A stretch of 63,959 bases of DNA, filler included, from Bonamia ostreae (GCA_040357525.1; 38 parts of 38 records of this genome joined end to end with filler, not necessarily neighbours in it), one strand, 5' to 3'. Shown: positions 22,477 to 35,174, counted from the whole stretch's first letter. The notes: a model not told the origin generated them from the sequence alone. Translations and numbers: made by a program.

Positions 22477-22611
22477 TTTTTATTCTGGCTTTTAAAGTGT
22501 TAAAATAAGAAATTTTTATTCTTCTCATTTTTTTGTTCGGAGACACATTACAGAAATTTTGTAATTCGGATTGAAGAGTCATTTTATAGAAAAATTTGTC
22601 ACTTCGATTAT

Positions 22612-23454
22612 TTATTCTGCACTGCAGATATTCGCCGCCATTCTTTCCGTCAGAACAATCGAATTCATTTTGAACTCCATTCTATCACATTTCACAATCG
22701 CCTTTTGCGTGCCAACCTTGCAATTAACCTCGATCTCATCACCCCCTAATATTTGTTCATTCTCCTCTCCGTCGTATGAAAGAATATTTGGCAATTGAGA
22801 CAAGCGACAAGAGCTTGAGACAGCTAATAATTTTTTGTAAATATAATAAAAACGTGATTTTATAAAAAATTAACAAATGTTGCAAATTAATAAAAAGAGA
22901 GAATTGTAAAAACAAAGACAAAAATCATTAAAAGTCTGTCCATCTTTCTGCAACAATACAATCCAATTCGGTCCATCACAAATCGCATCGACGTAAAAAG
23001 GCCTTCGACGCGAATCCATTTTGCACATAATTTCGATTGATTTCTGAATGTAATATTTCCTAACGCCCAGTTTCTCCCTCAATTCAAAATCGTGCTCCAG
23101 CAAATTTACCGCGCACCCATCTTGCGGTCTGTCGTCCACACAATCAAAAGTGGTTATTGGTTTGAACGGTTTGTTGATAAACATGATGAGAAACTGGCCA
23201 CCGTGGCAGGCGATGTTGAGATAAGGATATCTATAAGAGCTTCCTTGGACAACAAGACTTTTATTAGGTGCTGCACATTGCAGAATAAGCTCTTCTCCAT
23301 GTTCTACGACTCTGCTATCGAGCGGAGTCAAGTCATCGCCCGTTATTCTGACGTGCGATGGGAAAAGGCTCCCGGAGCAAGTCGGAAGTGGGTCAGCTGT
23401 GATTTGGCTAAAGAACAACAGAGCGACAGCATTGAGGACCATTTTAGTGTACAT
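22612..23454 (-). CDS. Secreted protein with three tandem four-Cys Sushi/CCP-like modules; intron 22824-22913
   Basis: Signal peptide; C..HGEELILQC..NIACHGGQF..C; C..IEIMC..ICDGPNW..C; C..GDEIEVNC..VKC..C. Confidence 0.6.
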
Positions 23455-23805
23455 AACAATTTGTTTCGATTAGTTTATTTTGTTTTCGAAACAAATGTCT
23501 TGTTTTGATTTGTTTTTATCGAAAATTGCTATTTTTAGTCTATGAAGATTTACCAAATCTCTACACTTTTTATTTCGTCTTTTGTGGGTATGGCGACGCT
23601 TCGTTTTCGATGATATGTCGTTTTAGCATTTAACCNNNNNNNNNNNNNNNNNNNNNNNNNNNNNNNNNNNNNNNNNNNNTTAATTAATTAANNNNNNNNN
23701 NNNNNNNNNNNNNNNNNNNNNNNNNNNNNNNNNNNTGTATACCAGTAGATTATTTAGATAAAACATTACACATCTACTAGTATCTTGAATTCAAAAAATG
23801 TTTAT

Positions 23806-23963
23806 AGTATAACTAATCAAAGATTTTGATTATTGAAAAATAATCACCGAGTAGCCGAATAACACAATATCTCACGAATGCCCGTAGCGCATGAGTGAGA
23901 TATAGTGTTATTCGACTACGAGATGATTATTTTTAATAATCAAAATCTTGTATTAGTTATACT
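23806..23963. mobile_element. About 158-bp imperfect palindrome, probable non-autonomous host DNA element
   Basis: AGTATAACTAATCAAAGATTTTGATTATT...AATAATCAAAATCTTGTATTAGTTATACT arms; inner AATAACACAATATCTCAC / GTGAGATATAGTGTTATT. Confidence 0.7.
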
Positions 23964-26466
23964 TTTTATTATATAGATATCCTACAATGCACCTATACTT
24001 TTCGATTAAATAATATAGAAACTACATTTTCAGTTGAACACAGTGCATTGATTTTTGTCATTGTGACGTCACGTCTTGCGAGTGAAATATGAATTATATT
24101 TCACTAGTGAAATATCAAATATATTTAACTGATATATTTCATCGTCATCTATATAATAAATTGTAATATTTATAAGCAAACCAGGTATTTCTTACTAATA
24201 TTGGGCAATCTATATACATGCAGAGAAAATCGAACTTTCAATGTCAAACACTGTTTATTCATTACCATACATGTGTTTATAACTAAACAGTGATTTATAA
24301 ATGGCCATTTACAACCAATTATCGATTCAACTGTAAACTTGCGTTTGTTGTATTGTAATTACATGTACATGTATATTATAAGATGTATGGCACCTCATAT
24401 TAAAATAGTAATTACGGATCACTGCATTTCATACTAATTATTCGTGCACATTTTTTACAAATCTTCAAAATTTAAGTTATTTCAACAGAAAAAATCTTCA
24501 AAATTTATGTCTTCTGATTTTCTGGATTCTCTTCTGTAAAAGTTTATACTCTTCCCACTTAACTAAAAGTGGATCTGTTGCATGAAGTTGTTCCCAAGAA
24601 ACTGATTTAGATGACTTCACAGAGAAATTGCTTGCAGATGATTGTTCATTTGAAACATGAAATGGTGATTCAATTGTTGTTTGACTCCCAGCATCACTAA
24701 ATGTTAAACTACTGCTTTGGTCTGATAAAGTGTTTTCATGTATTTCTGGTTTCTTGTCATTATTTAAATGTTTATCAACAGAAAGACTTGATTTATCTTG
24801 TTTTGCTTCTCTTTTTTTCATTTTTTGGGCTGCTCTTCTTCTTTTTTCATATTCTCTTCTTTTAGTTATCTTGTGCTTGCCCATGATACTGAAAATACAT
24901 GTACATGTTGCGTATCTTCTAGATTAACTATATTATTCCATTTATATGTCAAGTTGTCTAAAAAAAATTGTGTGTGTTGAGATGTTCTATTATATTATTG
25001 ATTATAAATGTCAAACCGTTTAATGTACTAAATGTGTCTGAACAAATTTGGTTGTATTTAATATGTCATATATACAATGTACATGTCTATGTACATACAT
25101 GTTTAATAGTCCGCCTCTGTTTGTGTAGTCTTTAAAAAAATTGTAGAGAACTTGGTATAATTTGTTTATAAGCATGGGTGTTCCTTTTAGTTCTATTCAC
25201 AGCTGTTAACTGGCCACCCAAAATTTTAAATAATGCAGTTAGTAAGAGACCCGTGTGAATTAACTTGCAAAGCAAGTCTTGCTTAAAGGCATAGGCATTT
25301 GTTTCTCCCTATCGTCTGCTTANNNNNNNNNNNNNNNNNNNNNNNNNNNNNNNNNNNNNNNNNNNNTTAATTAATTAANNNNNNNNNNNNNNNNNNNNNN
25401 NNNNNNNNNNNNNNNNNNNNNNAACGAGATGGTTTAAGCGAACGTTCACAAACCTTAAAGATCATCAAATTTACTAATTCTTTATAATTTTGTTCATTGA
25501 TATAGTCAAAAAAAATATGTGCTAAAATGAGGGTTATTTTTTAATACTTTAAAGGTAACATTGGAAAATCTAACATTCCAATTTTCAAAGTGACACATAA
25601 AGTCATCTTTTGTGATATATTTAGGCACGGGTGGATCACAAATATTCTTAACAAAAGCCTTTTCAAATCAACTCTAGTATTTTTGCTTTTAAGCATGTCA
25701 TCCATAGAGTTGAATTGCACGCGAATATCCCCGTAGGGGGGAGTAATTCGTCATTAACAGCTAATTTGATATAACATTTTATAAATTAAAAAAAGAATTT
25801 AATATTTTATTATTTTTTGTGTTTTTAATTTTATGATCACTAATATTTGAAACTTTATGCATGGGATCAGTGTTCGATATTTCGGGAATGACCTCGGAAG
25901 AAGTTTTTTCTTAATATTTCCTTTTGTTATGATTTTTTTTGCAATCATAACCTTTTTTGAAGGATTTTAATATATCGATCAATCTTTAGTTTTAGATCAC
26001 AATTTTTTAATACATCCGGCAGAGGAGGGAATGGCGGATGGCTTTCCGTTTCAAATCGGTTAATGATTTTTTTAAAGAATTGTCCATGTTTCAATTAATA
26101 TATTATTTTAAATAATTTCCAAAGTCAAATTTATCTCAAAAATCAGAAATACTCGCGAAGGATAAATTTACATTATTTACCTGTGAAGAAGTATTTAAAA
26201 ACGAAAATAGATGGCCTAAAATAATCTAAATATAAACAAATATTAATTTATCGTTATCGAAAATAAGAATTTGAAATCAAGGATACAAATAAAGCGAGCG
26301 GATATTCTCCAAAAATGCTTCTGGTCTTGGATTCTGAAAATAAAAATGCTACACTGCTAAAATGACTATGGCTTAGATGAAAATATTCTTTTAGTATTGA
26401 AATCTTCTTTTGGCATTTCCTGAGATTCAATTTCCAATTTAGACAGCATTTTTACAACGCATTTTA

Positions 26467-27008
26467 TTAGCCGTAACATTTAATGCAAGTATCTTCACCT
26501 TTCTTCGCGGATTGTCCTTTCTTTTCCAGATATTTCTGATGATAATCTTCTGCCAACCAAAATTTATTCATTTTTTTTACTTCTGTAACAACTGGTTTCC
26601 TATAGCTTTTGCTGATTTTCTCGATAATGCCTTTAATTTCTGTTTTCTGCTCTTTATTCCTGTAAAATGCGATGCTTCGATATTGACTTCCGATATCGTT
26701 TTTTTGGCGGTTTAGAGTAGTTGGATCATGTAACTCGAAAAACAACTCGCAAAGCTCTGCAAAGCTAACTACTTCCGAATCAAAAACTACCTTTTGGTTA
26801 GTTATTGAACGTTGACGCATTCCGAATGACCGCTATTCCCCGAACAAACCTCTTCGTAGGTCGGATTCGTCGTTTCTCCACCGGAATCTGGATATTTTAA
26901 GTAAACATCCTACTTCAGTACTCAAAACTCCAGGAATTCGTTGAAACTGAAGTTCTAGTCCCCAAAAGCACTTTAATAATAAATTAAATAACTCCTCCAG
27001 CGAAAGTA
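26467..27008 (-). CDS. msrA: Peptide methionine sulfoxide reductase A; introns 26971-26992, 26888-26906, 26791-26810
   Basis: Spliced: TFAGG|CFWGLE..TEVGY|SGG..NPTYEEVCSGNSGHSECVN|VVFD..HDPTTLNRQ..QYRS..AEDYHQKY. Confidence 0.97.
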
Positions 27009-28822
27009 NNNNNNNNNNNNNNNNNNNNNNNNNNNNNNNNNNNNNNNNNNNNTTAATTAATTAANNNNNNNNNNNNNNNNNNNNNNNNNNNNNNNNNNNN
27101 NNNNNNNNCAAATACTGCTAGAATCTTCTGTTAATATATCACCAGTTAAATCAATGTTTAAAGTCTGGGGTAGCATTAAACTTTTTTCCTTCTCTATTGT
27201 GGTGCATTCGTAATATATTTTTATCAGTCACGTAAGATCTTGATACCGAACAAAATATTTGTCACGTTTCTAAGATACAAAATATCCTTTTGTAAACACC
27301 CAAACTGGTTTGGAAAGGTTGGTAGTTCCATTGCTTTATGCAAGATTTTAAAGATTGTGTAATGTTTATTCAAAATACATAACTAGAGTGTGACTTGCCA
27401 TAATATACACGCGTTGTAATAAGGGGCAATGCAAAGTAACATTACATATTCCTCATGTAATAAATGTAATTCTTTCACCTTATCTGGTTTACTAAACACA
27501 AAGGGATAGAGGATATACATTTCTGTCTTAATGTGTGTGATGCGTGACGTCAATTTTAGATGGTATTCAAAGATCATCTTTAGAAACTTCAACACAACTA
27601 ACCAAAATAAATTCTGAACTTCATCAGTAATTTGTAATGATAATGTAACGTACGAAATATGAAAGGAATATCTGAAAGCATGACCAAGACATTCGGAAAA
27701 TTCAGTATTTGCATTAAATTTCGAAGTCTAATGGTTATAACCCACGAATAAATCAATGGAACAGAGCGAATTTCGAACAGGATNNNNNNNNNNAATGAAT
27801 ATTTGCAAGCGTGATGAAAAACAAATGATTAGCCAGACTGACTGAAAGACAGAAGAGTACAAAACTAACGTCCATTTTGGCTGTGCAGTTAGATGACTAG
27901 AATATCAAATTGAAACCCTCTAAATGCTATTAGCAAAGCATGATATTCATATTCTTTATGAGATTCATCACTATTAGTTATCTTCACTTAATCGTTCTTT
28001 CAAAGTTAAACGAAAGTTTAGTGTTAAAGGCGAATTTTAATGTTTTTCTGGTAAGATGAAGATTTACTGCTAATACATATGCACATCTTGTATAGATCAA
28101 GGACATATGGATAGAGAAATAAAATAACCCATACAAGAGTGTTTAGCCAATAGTGTAAATAATTGATTTAACAATACATATGTATATAATACTCTAGACA
28201 ATGTGACAAGATCATAACGATTGCTAATTCTTAATAAGAGATGAAAATTAGACCAACAAATCTCCCAATCCTACCTGTCGCCATATTGAGGACTTTACCC
28301 AACAAATGAATAACGGTCGAGTTACATCATGATAATGAATTAGATCTAAACCTGCATAGCAACGGTAGAAACATTATGATGTGGGTGAAATTGGCCTTTG
28401 AATACTAGCTTAAGTGGGATACACACCATGGCAAAAGAAGGCAATATCCCCGTATTAGTAATTTCATTTCGTGTTTATCTGTTCAATAAATAAATATGAT
28501 AAATAGAAATGATAGATATCTTAAATTTAACTTATGATAAGCAGACTAATATATATGACAGTAACAGTGGTTTATAGAGATCACTTTGTAAAGTATCTAA
28601 AATATATGCCTCTTATTTAGGTGTAAACATGAAACTTTGCTAAATTTATAAGACTTTTCCTCTTGCAATGCACTTTTCTCCTTTACTAATTCATNNNNNN
28701 NNNNNNNNNNNNNNNNNNNNNNNNNNNNNNNNNNNNNNTTAATTAATTAANNNNNNNNNNNNNNNNNNNNNNNNNNNNNNNNNNNNNNNNNNNNTTGTAA
28801 ATTTTGTCGATTTTTTTATAAC

Positions 28823-30379
28823 CAATTAAAAAAGCGAAAACGAAGAATTTGTCGTCGTAATTTGGTCCAGAAACGAAAGCAATTTTTCGAAAATTCCAAA
28901 ATCTGTTTTGGCCCAAATGCATGTCGCGAAAATATTGGCCAATCTTCTCAGTTTTGTCGGCCCCGAAATCGACAATTTTGATTCATCCGTTTTCAATCTC
29001 CAAACTTTTGGCAACAACGAAAAAGACAATATTATCGGTAAAAACATCAAACAGAACTTTATTGGCAACAATGAAAAAATTTTCAAATATTTTGATCATT
29101 TGTTGCCAAAATGTCCTCTATTTGCGGATAAAACAGTTTACGAAAAAACGAAGAAAAATTTGTTAAAAATGGCATTTAGTTATTGCCAACTGCACAAAAA
29201 TTTTAACACAATAAGAAAGTACTTTAAAGAGAACAACAAAAAATTGGAAAATTACTTCAAAGATGACGATAAAAACGGTCCAAAAAACGACAATAAAGAA
29301 AATTTGAAAATTTTTGAAAACAAAAAATTGCTTTTTTCGGCGATAAAACCAATTTCGAAATTGCTCTCGAAAATTCTGTCGTTTGAATACTATTTTCGGA
29401 GCACGTTCGCCGAGTTTACCCAGAAAATAGGCGTCGAAGAATGTCGATCATTTCTTAACCAAAATTTTGGAAACGAAGATAATGAAATTAGAGAGCAACT
29501 TTTGGCGCAGTACAAAATTTTAAGTGTTGATTTTAACAGCGAGAATTTTGAGAATATAAATTTTGCAGATGCCAAAAATGGCATTCTTTTTCATTTTTGC
29601 CAAAATCTGGAGAGGTTCCAGAAACGTTTTGAAAGTGCTCCTTTTTCGTTTAATTTTATGAAAATGAATAAAAATGGCGAAAAATTGGAGAAAAATGGCG
29701 AAAAAATGAATTTGGAAAAAGAAGAAATGGCAGAAAAAAAAGATTTGTCAAGAAGATTGATAGAATTTGTGGAAAAGAATTGGCGTTTGCCTCAAGATGA
29801 TATCGATTTTATGATTGAAGATCACATTGAAATGATTGAATTTCATTCCGAAGTTTATGATTGTCTTGGTTTCTTATTTTGTGAAATTTATTTTTTGTCA
29901 AACTTAATTTTGCAAATTTATTATTTTGTGATTATCGATAATTTCCAATTTTTTGTAATTTGACAAAAACAATTTTGGAATTTTATTGTAATTTCAAACT
30001 TTGTTCTCTCCAAAAATTTCAACGTTTTAATCAATTTATAATTTTTATCAACGTATTTCAGAAAAATGCCTTTCGTTTCCAGAATGGAACCCTTTTTTCT
30101 GTGAAATATTATTGAACAATTGGAAAAAGTCGAACAATGGCTTCGAAGAATGGGCTTTCAAAGAATCAGAGAGCAATATTTGGCGACAATCGCACAAAGG
30201 GCGCTCCAAATTTGTTTCAAAACTTTTTTTCGTAGCGGAAAGTCTGTTTCTAGACAAATCGGTTGTCGTCCGCCATTCCAATTTTTTCTATCAGTTGTTG
30301 TCGTTGATGTCTGTCGTTCCAGAGATTTTCGGTGAAAGGGAATTTGCTATTTGTCTTGATTGGGTTGATGCAATTGACC
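28823..30379 (+). CDS. Hypothetical helical protein, internal fragment
   Basis: 351-aa open frame followed by a further probable exon; no motif recognised. Confidence 0.5.
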
Positions 30380-30479
30380 NNNNNNNNNNNNNNNNNNNNN
30401 NNNNNNNNNNNNNNNNNNNNNNNTTAATTAATTAANNNNNNNNNNNNNNNNNNNNNNNNNNNNNNNNNNNNNNNNNNNN

Positions 30480-30897
30480 TTCTTAATCGTCGCCGTTTTC
30501 TTCTTTCTACCCCTTCCCCATCCAATAGTTGAACAATCTCTCTTGAAAATGATATGAAAAAGAACAATTTAACAAAAAACAATTTATTAGTAAAAAACCA
30601 AATTTTTAATAAACCTGGAAACTGTTTAACAGCGCCAATATACAAAGTCAAGAAATCATTAATGCAATTCCTGACCGCCATTTTGTCGCCAGAAATTTCA
30701 ACGACTGATTTTGGCAATTTGTTGCCCTAAAATTTCTAGATAAAAAAAACAATGATATCAATATCAGTTGAATATTTAGCACTCATTGAATCCAATATAT
30801 GTCTTTTTTGAGCTGTTAAAAATCCGCAATATTCACTATCCAAAAATAGTCGGAACATGCAAAAACCGTTTTGATCATCTGAATCGAGATCAGCCAT
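30480..30897 (-). CDS. KH-domain-like protein, 5' part, spliced
   Basis: FRLFLDSEYCGFLTAQKRHILDSM..KSVVEISGDKMAVRNC follows the KH pattern with a degenerate GxxG. Confidence 0.5.
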
Positions 30898-31107
30898 TCT
30901 ACGACTAAATTTTGATTATTTTATTGTAAATCGCAATTTCTGAATTGTTTCGAGGCAATTGATTCAAATGAGAAAAATAACAAAAAATGTTGTGCAAAAA
31001 AAACACAAAAATTTTAAGCAATGATTTTATAAACAAAATTAATATAATAATATTTTAAAGCTTTAAGAATAAAAAAGCTTATTTAATATATAATAAAACT
31101 TAAAAAA

Positions 31108-31828
31108 ATGAGCTATTCAAATTTGTCGACAAAGTTATATAAACATATTTAAGAGATAAAGACGACGCAATAACATCCACAAAAAACGACGAAAAGAAAG
31201 ACGAAAAAAACGACGAAAATGACAAAATTGCCCAAAACCTCAAAAACAGCGAAAAAACGAAAAATGAAAAAAATGAAAACGACAAATCAAAAACTGAACC
31301 AGAAAAAATAGCCCTCATCCAGAAAAACGAAAACGATTCTTCCCAAAACAAACGTTCACATTTTTTAAATTCAACGTTGCCCTTTCGACTATTTTTTTCA
31401 AATAAATTCGTCATTTTGCGTCAAAATTCATTTCATCTCCAATTAAATTTTTCCGGAGTTTTCGCTGTTGCAGCCAAAATATATGCAAATGACAAATCAT
31501 AAAGAACCGACTAAAATTGCAAACGACAAAATAACGATAAACGCGATAATGGTCGGCCAAAAATTCGAATCGATTTCGATTAGCCCAAAAAGTTCTGTTT
31601 TAGACCTGAAAAATGAATTCGCGAAAGAAAAGAAGGAAGACTTAAAAAGTCTTTCAGTGATTTATATGGGACGCTTTCTCAAAGACGAAGATTCGCTCGT
31701 CGAATCAAATATTGTAAACGGAGCCAGTGTCCATATAATGAAAGCCAGAAAAACCGCAAATCAGACGAACGAAGAAGAAAATAATAATACGGAAAGTGCC
31801 GATATTGAAAACGCTATTAACTCGATTG
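31108..31828 (+). CDS. Ubiquitin-like domain protein with charged N-terminus, partial; first intron 31134-31153
   Basis: SVLDLKNEF..LSVIYMGRFLKDEDSLVESNIVNGASVHIM. Confidence 0.8.
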
Positions 31829-32163
31829 GTTTTAAAAATTTTTTATTAAAATAAATTTTATGTAAAATAAAATGTATGATTCTAATAAAAATTTTTTTTA
31901 TTTAAATATTTTCTTGTTTGTTAAAAAGTAGATTTTTTATTATATTGTATATATTTTGATTAAGGTTTTTATATGTTAATTTTAAAATGTAATTTATTTT
32001 TTATTAATTAAATGCGTAAATTGTTTTTTTTTCAAATTTTTGATATTTTATAATTTTATATCCNNNNNNNNNNNNNNNNNNNNNNNNNNNNNNNNNNNNN
32101 NNNNNNNTTAATTAATTAANNNNNNNNNNNNNNNNNNNNNNNNNNNNNNNNNNNNNNNNNNNN

Positions 32164-33745
32164 CAATAATATAATAAATGTATATGAAAAAGCATATGAT
32201 ACTTTTAAATCTAAAAGTAATATGATCATAGTTTTTTTTGACTTGGAAAAAGCTTATGATACTGTGGATCGTAAATTGTTATATAAAATACTTAAAAACA
32301 TAGGAATTAATAACCAATTATTAATATATTTCAAAAATTTTCTCAATTCCAGATACGCAATTGTTAATTATAATAATTCTTTCTCAGATAAAAAGTGTTT
32401 TAATTATGGACTACCGCAAGGTAGTCCTTTGTCGCCAATTCTATTTAATATATATATTAACAGCGTAATAAATAAAATTGAAAATGTCAATGTAAGGGCT
32501 TTTGCTGATGATATATATGTATATTCTAAGAATAAAAACATTGATGTCTTACACTCTGATATGACTAAAGCTATAAAAATATTAGTAAACAGAACCAATA
32601 CCTTAAATTTAAAATTTTCAAATTTAAAAACAAAGGCAATGTTATTCACAAATAAAAATAAATCTGTTAAAAAATTAAAATTGTATGATAAATCTATTGA
32701 ATACGTAGATAATATGAAATATTTGGGTATACAATTTGACAATAGACTTAAATTCGATACTCATTTAAATTTCATACTAAAAAAAGCAAGAAAACGTTTA
32801 TATATTTTAAAATATTTAGCAAATGGAATTCATGGTTCAAAAAAAAGTATTTTAATAAACTGTTATAAATCATTTGTTAGATCTGTGATTGATTATTCAT
32901 TTCCAATTTTTTTATCATTAACAAAATCACGCCTTAAGAAACTTGAAAGTTTTCAGCATACAGCATTATGCTACTTATTGTCAATAAATAAAAGATCTAG
33001 TTATTTATGTTTACTACATTCAATTAATTTACTATCTATTGAAAAAAGAAATATTAAATTACTGTATAAATATGAAATAATGTATAAATTAGAGAAACCA
33101 AAATATAAACAGTCTGAAACATTTTATAGTAAAATTTCGCCCTTAACAACGATGGCAAATAAAATAAATCTATTCAAAAACAAACTCAATAAAATACAAA
33201 ACAATAAAACAAAAAATGAATTAATTAAAATTCAATTTGAAGAGTTGAAAAATAAATATATACAATGCAATGAAAACATTAAATTTTCAATAAATATATT
33301 TAATTATTTTGAAAATAAAAATACTAAAATCTATAACAAAATTAAATGTCTCGGCAACAGGGCATTTACAAATATATTAAAAATATATTGTGGATGTTTA
33401 GAATTAAACTATTTTCTATTTAAAATGAAAATTAGTAAAATAGATACATGTGATACATGTAAAACTAAGGAAACAGTAAAACATTGCCTATTTTACTGTA
33501 GGAAGCATAAAAATATTCGAAAAAATATTTTAAATTCAATTAAAGTAAAAAATATAAACTCACAAAAAAAGTTGTTATTTGACACAAAAAACCTTATACT
33601 TCTGAGCAAATTTGCAGAGTGCGCAATAATAAGGAAATAAAATAATCTAAAATTAAAAAAAATAAATATATATAAAAAAAAATATATATAATAAAAAAAA
33701 TTTTTTTTTACAACGAAAAAAAAAAATTATATATAAAAATAATTT
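32164..33745 (+). mobile_element. Non-LTR retrotransposon (LINE) ORF2 3' half: RT plus C-terminal CCHC finger and A-rich tail
   Basis: FFDLEKAYDTV, GLPQGSPLSPILF, AFADD, KYLGIQFD, CDTCKTKETVKHCLFYC; ORF uninterrupted to the stop at 33640. Confidence 0.95.
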
Positions 33746-33935
33746 ANNNNNNNNNNNNNNNNNNNNNNNNNNNNNNNNNNNNNNNNNNNNTTAATTAATT
33801 AANNNNNNNNNNNNNNNNNNNNNNNNNNNNNNNNNNNNNNNNNNNNAATTTTTCAATATTGTCAACTTTTATTTTTTTTTAATTTTTTTTTAAATTGATG
33901 CAATCACGTAATCTCAAATAATATTAAATTAGAGT

Positions 33936-34397
33936 TCAAACATTGAAAGCGCATTCGTCAAATCGCTTTTCAATGACGGTGTAAATATCGTACATGGCCA
34001 AAACGATGATTCCTGGCCCACCTCGGCTATTCCCGATCATCGTGTGGGTCTTGCCCGATCCAGTCGCCCCATAAGCGAAAATGGTCGCATTATAGCCATT
34101 CAAAGCGTCGATTACAGCCGATTTGGCCATTTTGTCGTAGACCGTTTTAGTCGAATCTTCGGGCGAGAAAACACAGTCGAAGGCGTAGTGCTGGTTTTTC
34201 TTGCGTCGCTTTCCGATCGATCCTAAAGGACGGGAAGTGTCTCCAATGTCGAAATTGACTATTTGTTTGTGTGCTATGTCGACGGTCGATTTTGTCTCTT
34301 TGGAACCGCTTAAAAATGGCTTCACTCTGATTTTGTTGAAAGTAAGCAATTATTGTAAGAACCTCACAGCAACTGAAATGGAATATTTATTAGACAT
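33936..34397 (-). CDS. Kinesin-8 (KIF18/19-like) motor N-terminus; intron about 34327-34362
   Basis: ISVAVR|VKP, YAFDCVF, GYNATIFAYGATGSGKTHTM. Confidence 0.9.
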
Positions 34398-34618
34398 TTT
34401 GATAATATCGAATATAATTATACGTGTTTCGACTATAAAATTAAAGCTGCTTTGGCTAAAATTGTTATATGGAATTTTTATAATCATTGCACAATCGTTT
34501 GTTGCAAATATGGTCGATTCGGAGCAACAAACAGTAAAACGAACCATTCTTTTTAAAATTATAAGCTCGTCATGACTAAACTTTTTTATAGAATTTCAAT
34601 AAAAAACATTTCTAAATT

Positions 34619-35116
34619 ATGTTCTTTCTGCTCCGCCATTCTCCAAAAACTTTAGATTGCCACCATATCTTCTTTAAAACCTTTTCCGTCGTTGCACACC
34701 GTCCAAAACGTTACAGAGTAAAGAGACACCACAACACTCCCGCCAGTCTCAGCACAACTCTGCGAAACGCTTACAAAAGAAAATTGGCATTGGCTTATTT
34801 CCCCAATTCCAACTTGGCTTGCGGCATCCTCGACGTCCTGATCAACGAAGGGTACATTAACGGCTTCCGGCTACAACCCGAATTAAAAAGACTGACCATT
34901 TATCTTAAATACAGTGGTCATTCCGGGTTGGCCGCGGTACAGGAAATCACCACTGTATCGAAACCAAGCAATCGTGTTTTCAAGAAAGCACATCAAATTC
35001 GACCGTTTATGAACGGTCTCGGAATATATGTCGTAAAGACGATTAGAGGCGTCAAATCCTGCAAAGAATGTTGGGAGAAAAATATTGGCGGAGAAGTGAT
35101 GTTCTCTGTCTTTTAG
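34619..35116 (+). CDS. rps8: Nucleus-encoded mitochondrial ribosomal protein uS8m with basic N-terminal extension
   Basis: STTLRNAY..ILDVLINEGYINGF..IYLKY..VSKPSNRVF..GLGIYVVKTIRGV..NIGGEVMFSVF is bacterial-type S8. Confidence 0.92.
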   Translation: MFFLLRHSPKTLDCHHIFFKTFSVVAHRPKRYRVKRHHNTPASLSTTLRNAYKRKLALAYFPNSNLACGILDVLINEGYINGFRLQPELKRLTIYLKYSGHSGLAAVQEITTVSKPSNRVFKKAHQIRPFMNGLGIYVVKTIRGVKSCKECWEKNIGGEVMFSVF

Positions 35117-35174
35117 ATTTTTTGAGTAAATTTTGATTACATGCAATTTTGAATAGATCTACTGCAAAAATTAA

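Noticed and set aside
22052-22582. 176-aa ORF spanning the tRNA (and ORF 50257-50439)
   Set aside because: The RPGFEPG and SGFEPMT peptides are antisense translations of tRNA T arms.
25660-25752. Two hairpins and an ATTGCAC (U1 loop II-like) motif
   Set aside because: No U1 5' end, Sm site or overall fold could be fitted; the minus strand has coding-like frames.
430-27008. Apparent frameshifts and premature stops suggesting pseudogenes, programmed frameshifting or an alternative genetic code
   Set aside because: Every case examined resolves by removing a short GT..AG intron under the standard code.
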